From: a virus
Taxonomy: Duplodnaviria; Caudoviricetes
IMG/VR virus record: IMGVR_UViG_2914923772_000011
Span: 10,054-74,053 of that record
DNA: 64,000 nt
Strand: one strand, 5' to 3'
The notes beneath the pieces were generated by a model that saw nothing but the letters and a program-made list of their open reading frames with translations, was not told the origin of the DNA and made no database searches. Shown piece by piece: positions 32,889 through 41,806 of the stretch (positions are counted from its first letter, which is position 1; each line of letters begins with the position of its first letter). A program made the translations under genes and the position numbers.

Positions 32889-35609
32889 ATGAGTCTCACG
32901 GATGATATTTTAATGCATTACGGTATGCCCAGAAGGTCTGGTCGTTATCCTTGGGGTTCGGGTGATAACCCTTATCAGCACAGCGGTGATTTTCTTTCCC
33001 GTGTAGAGGAACTGAAAAAGTCCAATTTCACCTTTACCGATAAAGATGGAAAAACTTACACAGGAGAAGTAGCCATTGCAAAATCTATGGGCTTGAGTAC
33101 AACCCAATTTCGTACCCAGATGAGCCTTGCAAAGGATGAACGCCGTTCTGCTGATGTCGCTACGGCTAAGGCTCTTCGTGCTAAGGGTTATAGTTTGAAT
33201 GAAATCGCTGATAAGATGGGCTTTGCTAACGATTCTTCGGTTCGCTCGCTTTTGAATGAGAGTTCCGAAGCTCGTATGAATCAGGCAAAGCAGACCGCTG
33301 AATTTCTGAAAAAACAGATTTCGGAAAAAGGCATGATCGATGTCGGAACCGGAGTCGAAAGAGAGCTTGGTATTTCGAAAGAGAAAATGAACCAGGCTCT
33401 TTATATTTTGGAAATGGAAGGCTATCCCATCTATGGCGGCGGTGTCCCTCAGGTAACAAACCCGGGTAAGCAAACAAACATCAAGGTTCTCTGCCCTCCA
33501 GGAACAGAGCATAAAGAGATTTATAATTTCGAGAATGTCCATTCCGTCAGAGACTATGTGTCTCATGATGACGGCGAGACATTCGACAAGTTTGTCTATC
33601 CTAAAAGTATGGATTCAAGCCGCTTGAAAATCCGTTATGCGGAAGATGGCGGTATTCAGAAAGATGGTGTCATTGAAATTCGTCGTGGTGTAGACGACTT
33701 ATCTCTCGGTGATTCCCATTATGCTCAGGTTCGCATCTTGGTCGACGGCAATAGATATCTGAAAGGAATGGCTGTTTATTCTGATGATCTTCCTGATGGT
33801 GTGGATGTAATGTTCAACACCAATAAGAAAAAGGGCACTCCGACATCGGATGTTCTGAAGAAGGTAAAGGATGACCCCGATAATCCGTTTGGTTCCCTTA
33901 TCAAAGCCGGTGGGCAGAGCTATTATATCGATGCTGATGGTAAACGACAGCTCTCCCTTATCAATAAGCGTGCTGAAGAGGGCGATTGGGGTGAATGGGC
34001 GGATAAACTCCCCTCCCAGTTTCTTTCTAAACAGAGTTTGAGTCTTGTCAATAAACAGCTGAATTTGGCGGCATCTGATAAGATGGCTGAATTTGATGAA
34101 ATCTGCTCACTGACAAATCCGACGGTCAAAAAATCATTACTGAAATCCTTTGCGGATGATTGTGACTCTGCTGCTGTGCACCTTCAGGCAGCTGCTCTTC
34201 CTCGTCAGAAATATCAGGTGATCCTACCTATCACTTCGATGAAAGACAATGAAGTGTATGCCCCGAATTACAAGAATGGTGAAACAGTAGCTCTGGTTCG
34301 TTACCCACATGGCGGAACTTTTGAGATTCCTATCCTTACAGTGAATAACAAGCAGGCAGAGGCTCGTCGAATCCTTGGCAACACACCTAAAGATGCAATC
34401 GGTATTAACAGTAAGGTTGCGGAACGGCTTTCAGGTGCTGACTTTGATGGTGATACTGTCATGGTCATCCCCTGTAACTCTGGTAAAAGCAAGGTCAAGA
34501 TTACTTCCACTCCTCCTCTGAAGGGACTTGAAGGATTTGACCCAAAATTGGAGTATGGTGGAAAACCGGCTGGCACTTTCAAGCCTATGAAGAACACACA
34601 GAAAGAGATGGGTGTCATTTCTAATCTGATTACCGATATGACTTTGAAGGGTGCCACGCAGGATGAGCTTGCAAGAGCCGTTCGCCATAGCATGGTAGTT
34701 ATCGATGCCGAAAAACACAAGCTGGACTATAAGCAAAGTGAGATCGACAATGGCATCAGCTCTTTGAAAAAGAAGTATCAGGGCACGGTTGACGAAGACG
34801 GAAGATACCACGAGGGTGCTTCGACTCTGATTTCCCGTGCTAAATCGGAGACTTCTGTCACTAAGAGGCAAGGTAGTCCGAAAATCGATGAAAAGACAGG
34901 CGAATACATATGGAAAGATGTGGATGACCCTGTTTATGTCGATAAGCGAACTGGCAAGGTCAAAGAGCGTACTCAGCCCAGCACTAAGATGGCTGAGGCA
35001 AAGGACGCCTATACCCTGGTTTCCGAAGCTGATACCCCCGTGGAGCGTGCTTATGCTAACTATGCCAACAAAATGAAAGCCCTGGGCAACCAGGCTCGTC
35101 TTGAGATCCTCTCCACTGGGAAAGTACCCTACTCCGCCACTGCAAAAGAGGCCTATCAAGCTGAGGTCGATTCTCTGAATGCTAAGCTCAATGTAGCTCT
35201 GAAGAATGCACCCAGAGAAAGGCAGGCTCAGACTATGGCTAATGCGGTAGTGGCTGCTAAAAAGCAGGACAATCCGGATATGACAAAGGGCGAGCTCAAG
35301 AAAGCAAGCCAGCAGGCGCTTACTCAGGCTCGTGCCTCTGTTGGTGCAAAGCGAGAGACCATCAAGATTACAGATCGTGAATGGGAAGCAATTCAAGCTG
35401 GCGCTATTAGCGAGAATAAGCTTACCCAAATCATCGACAATGTGGACATTGACAGTCTTAGACAGCGTGCAACACCGAGAGCGACAACAACTCTCAGCAC
35501 TGCAAAGCAGAATAAGATCGCTTCGATGAATGCTTCTGGTTACAGCACATCGGAAATTGCTGAAGCTCTTGGCATTTCTACGAGCACAGTGTCCAATTAC
35601 TTGAATTGA
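32889..35609 (+). CDS. Single-polypeptide two-barrel (multisubunit-RNAP-related) RNA polymerase with terminal sigma4-like HTH domains
   Basis: VRYPHGG..AIGINSKVAERLSGADFDGDTV parallels beta-prime RxP..NADFDGD; HTHs GYSLNEIADKMG and GYSTSEIAEALGISTSTVSNYL. Confidence 0.8.
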   Translation: MSLTDDILMHYGMPRRSGRYPWGSGDNPYQHSGDFLSRVEELKKSNFTFTDKDGKTYTGEVAIAKSMGLSTTQFRTQMSLAKDERRSADVATAKALRAKGYSLNEIADKMGFANDSSVRSLLNESSEARMNQAKQTAEFLKKQISEKGMIDVGTGVERELGISKEKMNQALYILEMEGYPIYGGGVPQVTNPGKQTNIKVLCPPGTEHKEIYNFENVHSVRDYVSHDDGETFDKFVYPKSMDSSRLKIRYAEDGGIQKDGVIEIRRGVDDLSLGDSHYAQVRILVDGNRYLKGMAVYSDDLPDGVDVMFNTNKKKGTPTSDVLKKVKDDPDNPFGSLIKAGGQSYYIDADGKRQLSLINKRAEEGDWGEWADKLPSQFLSKQSLSLVNKQLNLAASDKMAEFDEICSLTNPTVKKSLLKSFADDCDSAAVHLQAAALPRQKYQVILPITSMKDNEVYAPNYKNGETVALVRYPHGGTFEIPILTVNNKQAEARRILGNTPKDAIGINSKVAERLSGADFDGDTVMVIPCNSGKSKVKITSTPPLKGLEGFDPKLEYGGKPAGTFKPMKNTQKEMGVISNLITDMTLKGATQDELARAVRHSMVVIDAEKHKLDYKQSEIDNGISSLKKKYQGTVDEDGRYHEGASTLISRAKSETSVTKRQGSPKIDEKTGEYIWKDVDDPVYVDKRTGKVKERTQPSTKMAEAKDAYTLVSEADTPVERAYANYANKMKALGNQARLEILSTGKVPYSATAKEAYQAEVDSLNAKLNVALKNAPRERQAQTMANAVVAAKKQDNPDMTKGELKKASQQALTQARASVGAKRETIKITDREWEAIQAGAISENKLTQIIDNVDIDSLRQRATPRATTTLSTAKQNKIASMNASGYSTSEIAEALGISTSTVSNYLN

Positions 35610-35623
35610 AAGGAGTGACTGGT

Positions 35624-35887
35624 ATGAATGGTTCTTGTGCCCTTACCACATTTGACAACCCTTACAATCCATTTGAACAGTTCTCCGATTGGTTCCTGTT
35701 TGATGTAGAAAAGGGTTACAACACTTGCGCTTATCTCGATCGAATTGCTCACACTTCTGACCAATTCTCTGAAGAAGAGAACAATCAAGAGATTGAAAGA
35801 GCGATTGACGAGATCATTCGTTACGACTTCATGAACATTTACAAGAAAGTTAAGAGAACGAAAACAACAAAAGCAGACAAGGCTTGA
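35624..35887 (+). CDS. Small conserved hypothetical protein
   Basis: GAAAGGAG RBS directly after the RNAP gene. Confidence 0.75.
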   Translation: MNGSCALTTFDNPYNPFEQFSDWFLFDVEKGYNTCAYLDRIAHTSDQFSEEENNQEIERAIDEIIRYDFMNIYKKVKRTKTTKADKA

Positions 35888-36066
35888 ACTATAGGTTGAG
35901 GTCTAATGCTCTTTGAATAAAGTTTTTGTTTTCTTCTCTGAAAACATTTGAACTTGAAGCCAACACAAACAAATAATCACTTGATCTGCACTGCTGCCGC
36001 AGGGCTTAAAGACATGGGGAGGGGGTCTCCAAAATCGCACCCCCTACCTCATCGCGGTGGTCTTAA

Positions 36067-36094
36067 AAAAATCTCCGGAGGGATATTTTGGAAA
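36067..36094 (+). promoter_or_regulatory. Second-class conserved motif (copy B), candidate late promoter
   Basis: 22/28 identical to 6828-6855; upstream of the hairpin RNA, tRNA and packaging genes. Confidence 0.4.
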
Positions 36095-36110
36095 TGGGGT
36101 TTACCCCACG

Positions 36111-36242
36111 GGTGCAGTATTTGAACGAGCTTACAGGGTTGAGACATTTTCCATAAAGTGTGAACATCTCCTTTCATGTTTCTTTTCTCCTTTCGGTGAT
36201 TGGTGGAAATTCAACTCTGTAAGTTCTTTCAAATACTGCACC
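36111..36242 (+). ncRNA. Hairpin RNA with 32-bp stem and tandem anti-Shine-Dalgarno loop
   Basis: Arms 36111-36142 and 36211-36242 pair at 29/32 Watson-Crick plus two G-U on the + strand; loop contains CTCCTTTCATGTTTCTTTTCTCCTTTCGGT. Confidence 0.7.
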
Positions 36243-36293
36243 TATTCTCACCTAAAAGAGCATCGGTTCAGATAAAAAGTGCAGTACAAGTAT

Positions 36294-36381
36294 GCGGATA
36301 TGGCGGAACTGGCAGACGCAATAGACTCAGAATTTATTGGAGGTTATCTCCGTGCAGGTTCAACTCCTGTTATCCGCACCA
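36294..36381 (+). tRNA. tRNA-Leu(CAG) with encoded CCA
   Basis: GCGGATA/TATCCGC acceptor; ATAGA-CTCAGAA-TTTAT anticodon arm; long variable arm; GCAGG-TTCAACT-CCTGT T arm. Confidence 0.9.
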
Positions 36382-36408
36382 AATTTTTTAAGAGAGGAGG
36401 CAGTGCCA

Positions 36409-36750
36409 ATGCCAAAAGGTAAAGCTGCAAGCTCTTCCGACTCAAACAGCCCATTGAGACCACCGACATCTCTCGAAGCGCAAGAGAACTTAATGATTTC
36501 TTTGGCGGTTCAATGTGCTGAAAAGCAGCTCAGAGACGGAACTGCTTCTTCTCAGGTCATAACACATTATTTGAAGCTCGGTTCCAGTAAGGAACGAATT
36601 GAAAAGGAGATTCTGGAGAAGCAGAAAGAGCTTATCGAAGCGAAGACCAAGAATCTAAATTCCAACAGTGAAGCCAAGGAGTTGTACAACAAGGCTCTCG
36701 AAGCGTTTAGGAGATATTCCGGTGCAGGCGGTGAAGACGATGAGTATTAA
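36409..36750 (+). CDS. Probable terminase small subunit
   Basis: First late gene, before HNH and TerL; helical ENLMISLAVQCAEKQLRDGTASSQVITHYLK pattern. Confidence 0.55.
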   Translation: MPKGKAASSSDSNSPLRPPTSLEAQENLMISLAVQCAEKQLRDGTASSQVITHYLKLGSSKERIEKEILEKQKELIEAKTKNLNSNSEAKELYNKALEAFRRYSGAGGEDDEY

Positions 36751-37159
36751 AACCTATTCGGAGTTAATTACATTGCCGACATTTGAAGAACGATTTCTCT
36801 ACTTAAAGCTTGATGGTTCCGTTGGAAAAGAAACTTTCGGTTTTAAGCGATGGTTGAACCAAGAGTTTTATCATTCGGATCAATGGCTGCAATTCCGAGA
36901 TGAAATTATCATTCGGGATGAAGGTTGTGATCTTGGTATGCCGGGTTATGAAATCTTTGGTTCCGTATTGATCCATCATCTGAATCCGATTACTTATGAA
37001 GATATCTTAAATCAGAGCCCCTGCGTTTTCGATCCGGAGAATGCAGTTTGCACCAAGTTGAATACACACAATGCGATTCACTATGGTGATGAAAGCTTAC
37101 TGGTTCTTCCACCTGTTCAACGCACACAAAATGATACATGCCCCTGGCGAAAACAATGA
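36740..37159 (+). CDS. HNH endonuclease (packaging associated)
   Basis: IIRDEGCDLG..IHHLNP..THNAIH. Confidence 0.8.
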   Translation: MSIKTYSELITLPTFEERFLYLKLDGSVGKETFGFKRWLNQEFYHSDQWLQFRDEIIIRDEGCDLGMPGYEIFGSVLIHHLNPITYEDILNQSPCVFDPENAVCTKLNTHNAIHYGDESLLVLPPVQRTQNDTCPWRKQ

Positions 37160-37174
37160 AAGGAGAAAATTCCA

Positions 37175-37471
37175 ATGACAAAGGAAATCTATGAAAACTC
37201 TGTTCTTAATGATTCGACTGAAGCCATCGAGGAACAGGAAACGGAGTTTTGCGAAGACGCTGCTCGAAATGTGATCGGTGTTGTTACTGATTGCCTGAAG
37301 CTGAACATTCGTGAAAAGCCGAGTAAGGATTCCAGAGTAGTAACGGTTGTGACATGTCTTGACGAATTGGAAATTGACATGGGCGATTCCAATGATGATT
37401 GGTACGCTGTCTGTACTGCTACCGGTATCGAAGGATTCTGCATGAAGAAATTTGTAGCCGTCAGGCAGTAA
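37175..37471 (+). CDS. SH3-like small protein
   Basis: LNIREKPS..WYAVCTATGIEGFCMKKF. Confidence 0.6.
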   Translation: MTKEIYENSVLNDSTEAIEEQETEFCEDAARNVIGVVTDCLKLNIREKPSKDSRVVTVVTCLDELEIDMGDSNDDWYAVCTATGIEGFCMKKFVAVRQ

Positions 37472-37483
37472 GGAGAAAACGAT

Positions 37484-37819
37484 ATGGACAGTATACTGAC
37501 ATCGATTAAAAAGCTGCTCGGAATTGCTGAAGAGTATGAGCACTTTGACCCGGACATCGTCATGTACATCAATTCGGCATTCTCAGTCTTGACGCAGCTT
37601 GGTGTTGGTCCCGAAGAAGGATTCCGTATCGAAGATGCAAGTAAGACCTGGTCTGAATTCCTGTACGATGATCCTCGTCTTGAATTTGTAAAAACCTTTA
37701 TCTACCTGAAGGTAAGACTGGCGTTCGACCCGCCGTTGAGTTCGGCAGTGATGGAAGCAATTAACCGACAGATCAGCGAGCTTGAATGGCGAATCAATGT
37801 GACAGTCGACCCTGATTAA
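37484..37819 (+). CDS. Head-tail adaptor/connector
   Basis: SILTSIKKLLGI..FD.DIVMYINSAFSVLTQLG pattern; position. Confidence 0.65.
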   Translation: MDSILTSIKKLLGIAEEYEHFDPDIVMYINSAFSVLTQLGVGPEEGFRIEDASKTWSEFLYDDPRLEFVKTFIYLKVRLAFDPPLSSAVMEAINRQISELEWRINVTVDPD

Positions 37820-37840
37820 AAACGAGAGGAGGATTTCAAA

Positions 37841-38242
37841 ATGGATAATACAACACTTGCCCATCACGGCATCATCGGCATGAAATGGGGAGTCCGGCGC
37901 TATCAGAATAAAGATGGCACTCGTACCGCAGCCGGAAAGAAAAGAGAAAGTTCTTCTAAGTCTGATGCTCCTGCTCACGAGGACTATGCTAAAGCTCATA
38001 ACAGTAAGAGCGTTAAGTCTATGAGTGATGCAGAGCTTCGCAACCGACTGAATCGTCTTCAGATGGAGAAACAGTATAGTCAATTGTCTTCGACTGATGT
38101 GAATCGTGGAAAGGAATATGTATCGAAAACTCTAAAAGTCGCCGGAACAATTGCAACCGCTACTTCGACCGCCTTAACCATTTACAATAACTATGGCAAG
38201 ATCAAAGAAATTGTAAACGGTATGGCTAAGAAGGCTGGCTAA
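37841..38242 (+). CDS. DUF7211-like head accessory protein 1
   Basis: LAHHGIIGMKWGVRRYQNKDGT. Confidence 0.7.
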   Translation: MDNTTLAHHGIIGMKWGVRRYQNKDGTRTAAGKKRESSSKSDAPAHEDYAKAHNSKSVKSMSDAELRNRLNRLQMEKQYSQLSSTDVNRGKEYVSKTLKVAGTIATATSTALTIYNNYGKIKEIVNGMAKKAG

Positions 38243-38252
38243 GGAGGTACTT

Positions 38253-39998
38253 ATGGCATTATCAAACACTGCCGTTCCCAAGTATTATGGCATGTTTCGT
38301 GATGCCGTAATTCGAGGGGAGATTCCGGTTTGCAAAGAGATCTCCATGGAGATGAACCGTATTGATGATCTCATCGCTAATCCGGGTGTGTACTATGACG
38401 ACCAAGCTGTTGAGGGATGGATCGCTTATTGCGAATCCGAGCTTACCTTGACAGATGGCTCTGACCTTAGCCTTTTGGATAGCTTCAAACTTTGGGGTGA
38501 ACAGATCTTTGGTTGGTACTATTTTGTTGAGCGAAGTGTGTATCAACCGAATCCAGATGGTCACGGTGGGCACTATGTTCGCAAGAATGTGAAAAAAAGG
38601 CTGATTAACAAACAGTATTTGATCGTTGCACGAGGCGCCGCTAAATCAATGTACGGCTCAACCTTGCAGGGTTACTTTCTGAATGTTGATACCTCTACTA
38701 CTCATCAGATCACCACCGCCCCCACAATGAAGCAAGCGGAGGAGGTTATGTCCCCTCTTCGCACCGCTATCACTCGTTCAAGAGGACCGCTGTTTCAGTT
38801 CCTGACAGAAGGCTCTTTACAAAATACAACTGGTTCAAAAGCGAATCGTACAAAGTTAGCCTCTACAAAAAAGGGCGTTGAAAACTTCCTTACTGGTTCT
38901 CTTCTTGAGGTCAGACCCATGAGCATCAATAAGCTCCAGGGTCTACAAATCAAGGTCGCAACCGTTGATGAGTGGCTTTCAGGTGACATTAGAGAGGACG
39001 TTATCGGTGCAATTGAACAGGGTGCATCTAAGGTGAACGACTACATCATCGTTGCAATCAGCTCGGAAGGTACAGTTCGTAACGGAAGCGGCGACACTAT
39101 CAAAATGGAGTTGATGGACATCCTTAAGGGTGACTACATCAATCCCCACGTTTCGATTTGGTGGTACAAGCTTGACTCCATTGACGAAGTCGGAGACCCG
39201 GAAATGTGGCTCAAGGCTAATCCAAATCTTGGAAAAACCGTAAGCTATGAAACTTATCAGCTTGATGTTGAAAGAGCTGAAAAAGCTCCAGCTGCCCGAA
39301 ACGATATTCTTGCGAAGAGATTTGGACTGCCTATGGAGGGTTACACCTATTACTTCACTTACGAAGAAACTCTTCCGCATCGAAAGAGGGATTACTGGCA
39401 GATGCCTTGCTCCCTCGGTGCAGACTTATCACAGGGCGATGACTTCTGTGCATTTACATTCTTGTTCCCTCTGCCAAACGGTTCTTTTGGTATCAAGACA
39501 CGAAACTATATTACCTCTACCACTTTAATGAAGCTGCCTGCTGCTATGCGGATCAAATACGATCAATTCATGGCTGAGGGCAGTTTAATTGTTTTAGAGG
39601 GTGCCGTACTTAACATGATGGATGTCTATGAAGATTTGGATAACCATATTCAGGAGTGCGGATACGATGTTCGATGCCTTGGGTTTGACCCTTATAACGC
39701 AAAAGAATTTGTAGCGAGATGGGAATCTGAAAATGGCCCGTTTGGAATTGAGAAAGTTATCCAAGGCGCTAAAACTGAGTCGGTTCCACTTGGAGAACTG
39801 AAAAAGCTTTCTGAAGAAAGAATGCTTATCTTCGATGAGGACCTTATGACCTTTGCTATGGGTAACTGCATTACCCTTGAAGATACAAACGGAAACCGTA
39901 AACTTTTGAAGAAGCGATATGAGCAGAAAATTGATGCTGTTGCGGCAATGATGGATGCTTATATTGCTTATAAACTCAATCGAGACGCATTTGAATAA
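38253..39998 (+). CDS. terL: Terminase large subunit
   Basis: ARGAAKS Walker A; VDEW Walker B; LGADLS and KIDAVAAMMDA nuclease motifs. Confidence 0.9.
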   Translation: MALSNTAVPKYYGMFRDAVIRGEIPVCKEISMEMNRIDDLIANPGVYYDDQAVEGWIAYCESELTLTDGSDLSLLDSFKLWGEQIFGWYYFVERSVYQPNPDGHGGHYVRKNVKKRLINKQYLIVARGAAKSMYGSTLQGYFLNVDTSTTHQITTAPTMKQAEEVMSPLRTAITRSRGPLFQFLTEGSLQNTTGSKANRTKLASTKKGVENFLTGSLLEVRPMSINKLQGLQIKVATVDEWLSGDIREDVIGAIEQGASKVNDYIIVAISSEGTVRNGSGDTIKMELMDILKGDYINPHVSIWWYKLDSIDEVGDPEMWLKANPNLGKTVSYETYQLDVERAEKAPAARNDILAKRFGLPMEGYTYYFTYEETLPHRKRDYWQMPCSLGADLSQGDDFCAFTFLFPLPNGSFGIKTRNYITSTTLMKLPAAMRIKYDQFMAEGSLIVLEGAVLNMMDVYEDLDNHIQECGYDVRCLGFDPYNAKEFVARWESENGPFGIEKVIQGAKTESVPLGELKKLSEERMLIFDEDLMTFAMGNCITLEDTNGNRKLLKKRYEQKIDAVAAMMDAYIAYKLNRDAFE

Positions 39999-40011
39999 GG
40001 AGGTGGTCAAG

Positions 40012-40485
40012 TTGGATGAGATGTACCATCACGGTATTCTCGGTCAGAAATGGGGCGTTCGTCGTTTCCAGAACAAAGACGGAACTTTGACCGCAGCAGG
40101 TCAAAAGCGTTTGGAAAAGAAAGACGCAAAGTGGGCTCATAAAAATCACAACAAAATCGTGACTAAAGCTCGCAAAGAAGTTTCCAAAGAACTCGATCAG
40201 TATGCCAATCAACTATTGAAAAATCTTTCTTCTGTGACATCGAAAGGTAAGATCAGTTCTTCGGCTATCAATTCCTATAATCGGAAGATGGCGGAACTGA
40301 TGAATGAGTCTGTCAAGAATGTTACAGCACCTTCGGGGCGTGTCGTTCAATTCGTTGCAAAACGAGGAGAAGTTGGTGTGCATATGGCTCTGGCTGACAG
40401 AGGGTATGATATGCAGCAGCTGAAGAACGGCATCTGGGCTTCCGGTCGAGTTGCCTATAAGAAGAAAAATGTTGATATGGTTTAA
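40012..40485 (+). CDS. DUF7211-like head accessory protein 2
   Basis: MYHHGILGQKWGVRRFQNKDGTLT; TTG start after AAGGAGG. Confidence 0.7.
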   Translation: MDEMYHHGILGQKWGVRRFQNKDGTLTAAGQKRLEKKDAKWAHKNHNKIVTKARKEVSKELDQYANQLLKNLSSVTSKGKISSSAINSYNRKMAELMNESVKNVTAPSGRVVQFVAKRGEVGVHMALADRGYDMQQLKNGIWASGRVAYKKKNVDMV

Positions 40486-40502
40486 GGAGGTGATGATTCA
40501 AA

Positions 40503-41792
40503 ATGGAGATGTCTTTTGGTTCCAGATTGAAACATGCTTGGAATGCGTTTACTGGCAATGTTCAAATGAACTACCGGGATTTGGGTATGAGTTATTCATA
40601 TCGAGCTGACAGACCAAGAATGTCCAGAGGCAATGAAAGATCAATCGTCACATCGGTTTATAACCGAATTGCGCTTGATGTTGCTGCACTGAATGTTCAG
40701 CATGTTCGGTTGGACGAAAATGGGCGTTTTCTTTCGGTCATCGATGACGGATTGAATAATTGCCTCACTTTGGAAGCGAATGTCGATCAGACGGCACGGT
40801 CATTCGTTCAGGATGTAGTTATCTCTATGTTTGATGAAGGAAGCGTGGCTATTGTTCCGGTCGACACCACGACTGACCCAAATGTGTCCGGTTCGTATGA
40901 TATACAGTCTCTGCGTGTCGGACAGATTTTAGACTGGTATCCTCAGTATATTCGTGCTCGTGTGTACAATGAACAAACGGGCAGAAAAGAAGATATTGTG
41001 GTGCCGAAAAGTGCAGTGGCTATCATTGAAAATCCACTGTACGCAGTTATCAATGAGCCGAACTCAACTATGCAGCGGCTCATTCGTAAACTTAACCTAC
41101 TTGATGTCATTGATGAGCAAAGCGGATCTGGAAAACTCGATTTGATTATTCAGCTCCCTTATGTAATCAAGACAGAAGCAAAGCGTCAACAAGCCGAAAA
41201 TCGGCGTAAAGATATAGAAAACCAGTTGTCAGGTTCAAAGTATGGTATTGCTTACACTGATGGTACTGAGCATATCACACAGTTGAATCGTTCCGTGAAC
41301 AACAACCTAATGTCCCAGATTGAATACTTGACGAGTATGCTATACAGCCAGTTGGGAATCACTCAGAGCATTTTGGATGGAACAGCGGACGAGAAGACAA
41401 TGCTGAACTATAACAACCGGACAATCGAGCCGATCATTTCCGCTATTGTTGATGAGATGAAACGAAAGTTTCTGACCAAAACTGCCCGATCACAACACCA
41501 GTCAATTTCATTCTTCAGAGACCCGTTCAAGCTGGTTCCTGTTAATGACATTGCTGAAATTGCTGACAAGTTTACAAGAAATGAAATCATGACTTCGAAT
41601 GAAATTCGTCAGGTAGTCGGTATGAAACCCTCCGAGGACCCGAGAGCAGATGAACTCAGAAATAAGAACCTGAGTGCGCCGTCCGGTTCCAATCAGCAGT
41701 CGGAAGAAATGCCTATTGCCGAAGTTGATTCAGTTGGAGACTCAGCAAGTGATTTGGACGACAAAATCTCTAAGCAAAAATCGAAAAAGTAA
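40503..41792 (+). CDS. Portal protein
   Basis: Position after TerL; 429 aa; VYNRIALDVA..TSNEIR HK97-type pattern. Confidence 0.85.
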   Translation: MEMSFGSRLKHAWNAFTGNVQMNYRDLGMSYSYRADRPRMSRGNERSIVTSVYNRIALDVAALNVQHVRLDENGRFLSVIDDGLNNCLTLEANVDQTARSFVQDVVISMFDEGSVAIVPVDTTTDPNVSGSYDIQSLRVGQILDWYPQYIRARVYNEQTGRKEDIVVPKSAVAIIENPLYAVINEPNSTMQRLIRKLNLLDVIDEQSGSGKLDLIIQLPYVIKTEAKRQQAENRRKDIENQLSGSKYGIAYTDGTEHITQLNRSVNNNLMSQIEYLTSMLYSQLGITQSILDGTADEKTMLNYNNRTIEPIISAIVDEMKRKFLTKTARSQHQSISFFRDPFKLVPVNDIAEIADKFTRNEIMTSNEIRQVVGMKPSEDPRADELRNKNLSAPSGSNQQSEEMPIAEVDSVGDSASDLDDKISKQKSKK

Positions 41793-41806
41793 GGAGGAAA
41801 TTCAAA

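Noticed and set aside
35980-36060. cos/pac site upstream of the terminase genes
   Set aside because: Position is plausible (G and C runs, GC-rich patch) but no sequence feature lets me fix the cut site
36049-36177. 42-aa minus-strand ORF (MKGDVHTLWK...) behind a perfect GAAAGGAG RBS inside the hairpin; possible type I toxin
   Set aside because: Not hydrophobic, would be the only antisense gene in the late region, and G-U pairs favour the + strand RNA; kept only as the alternative to exclude experimentally
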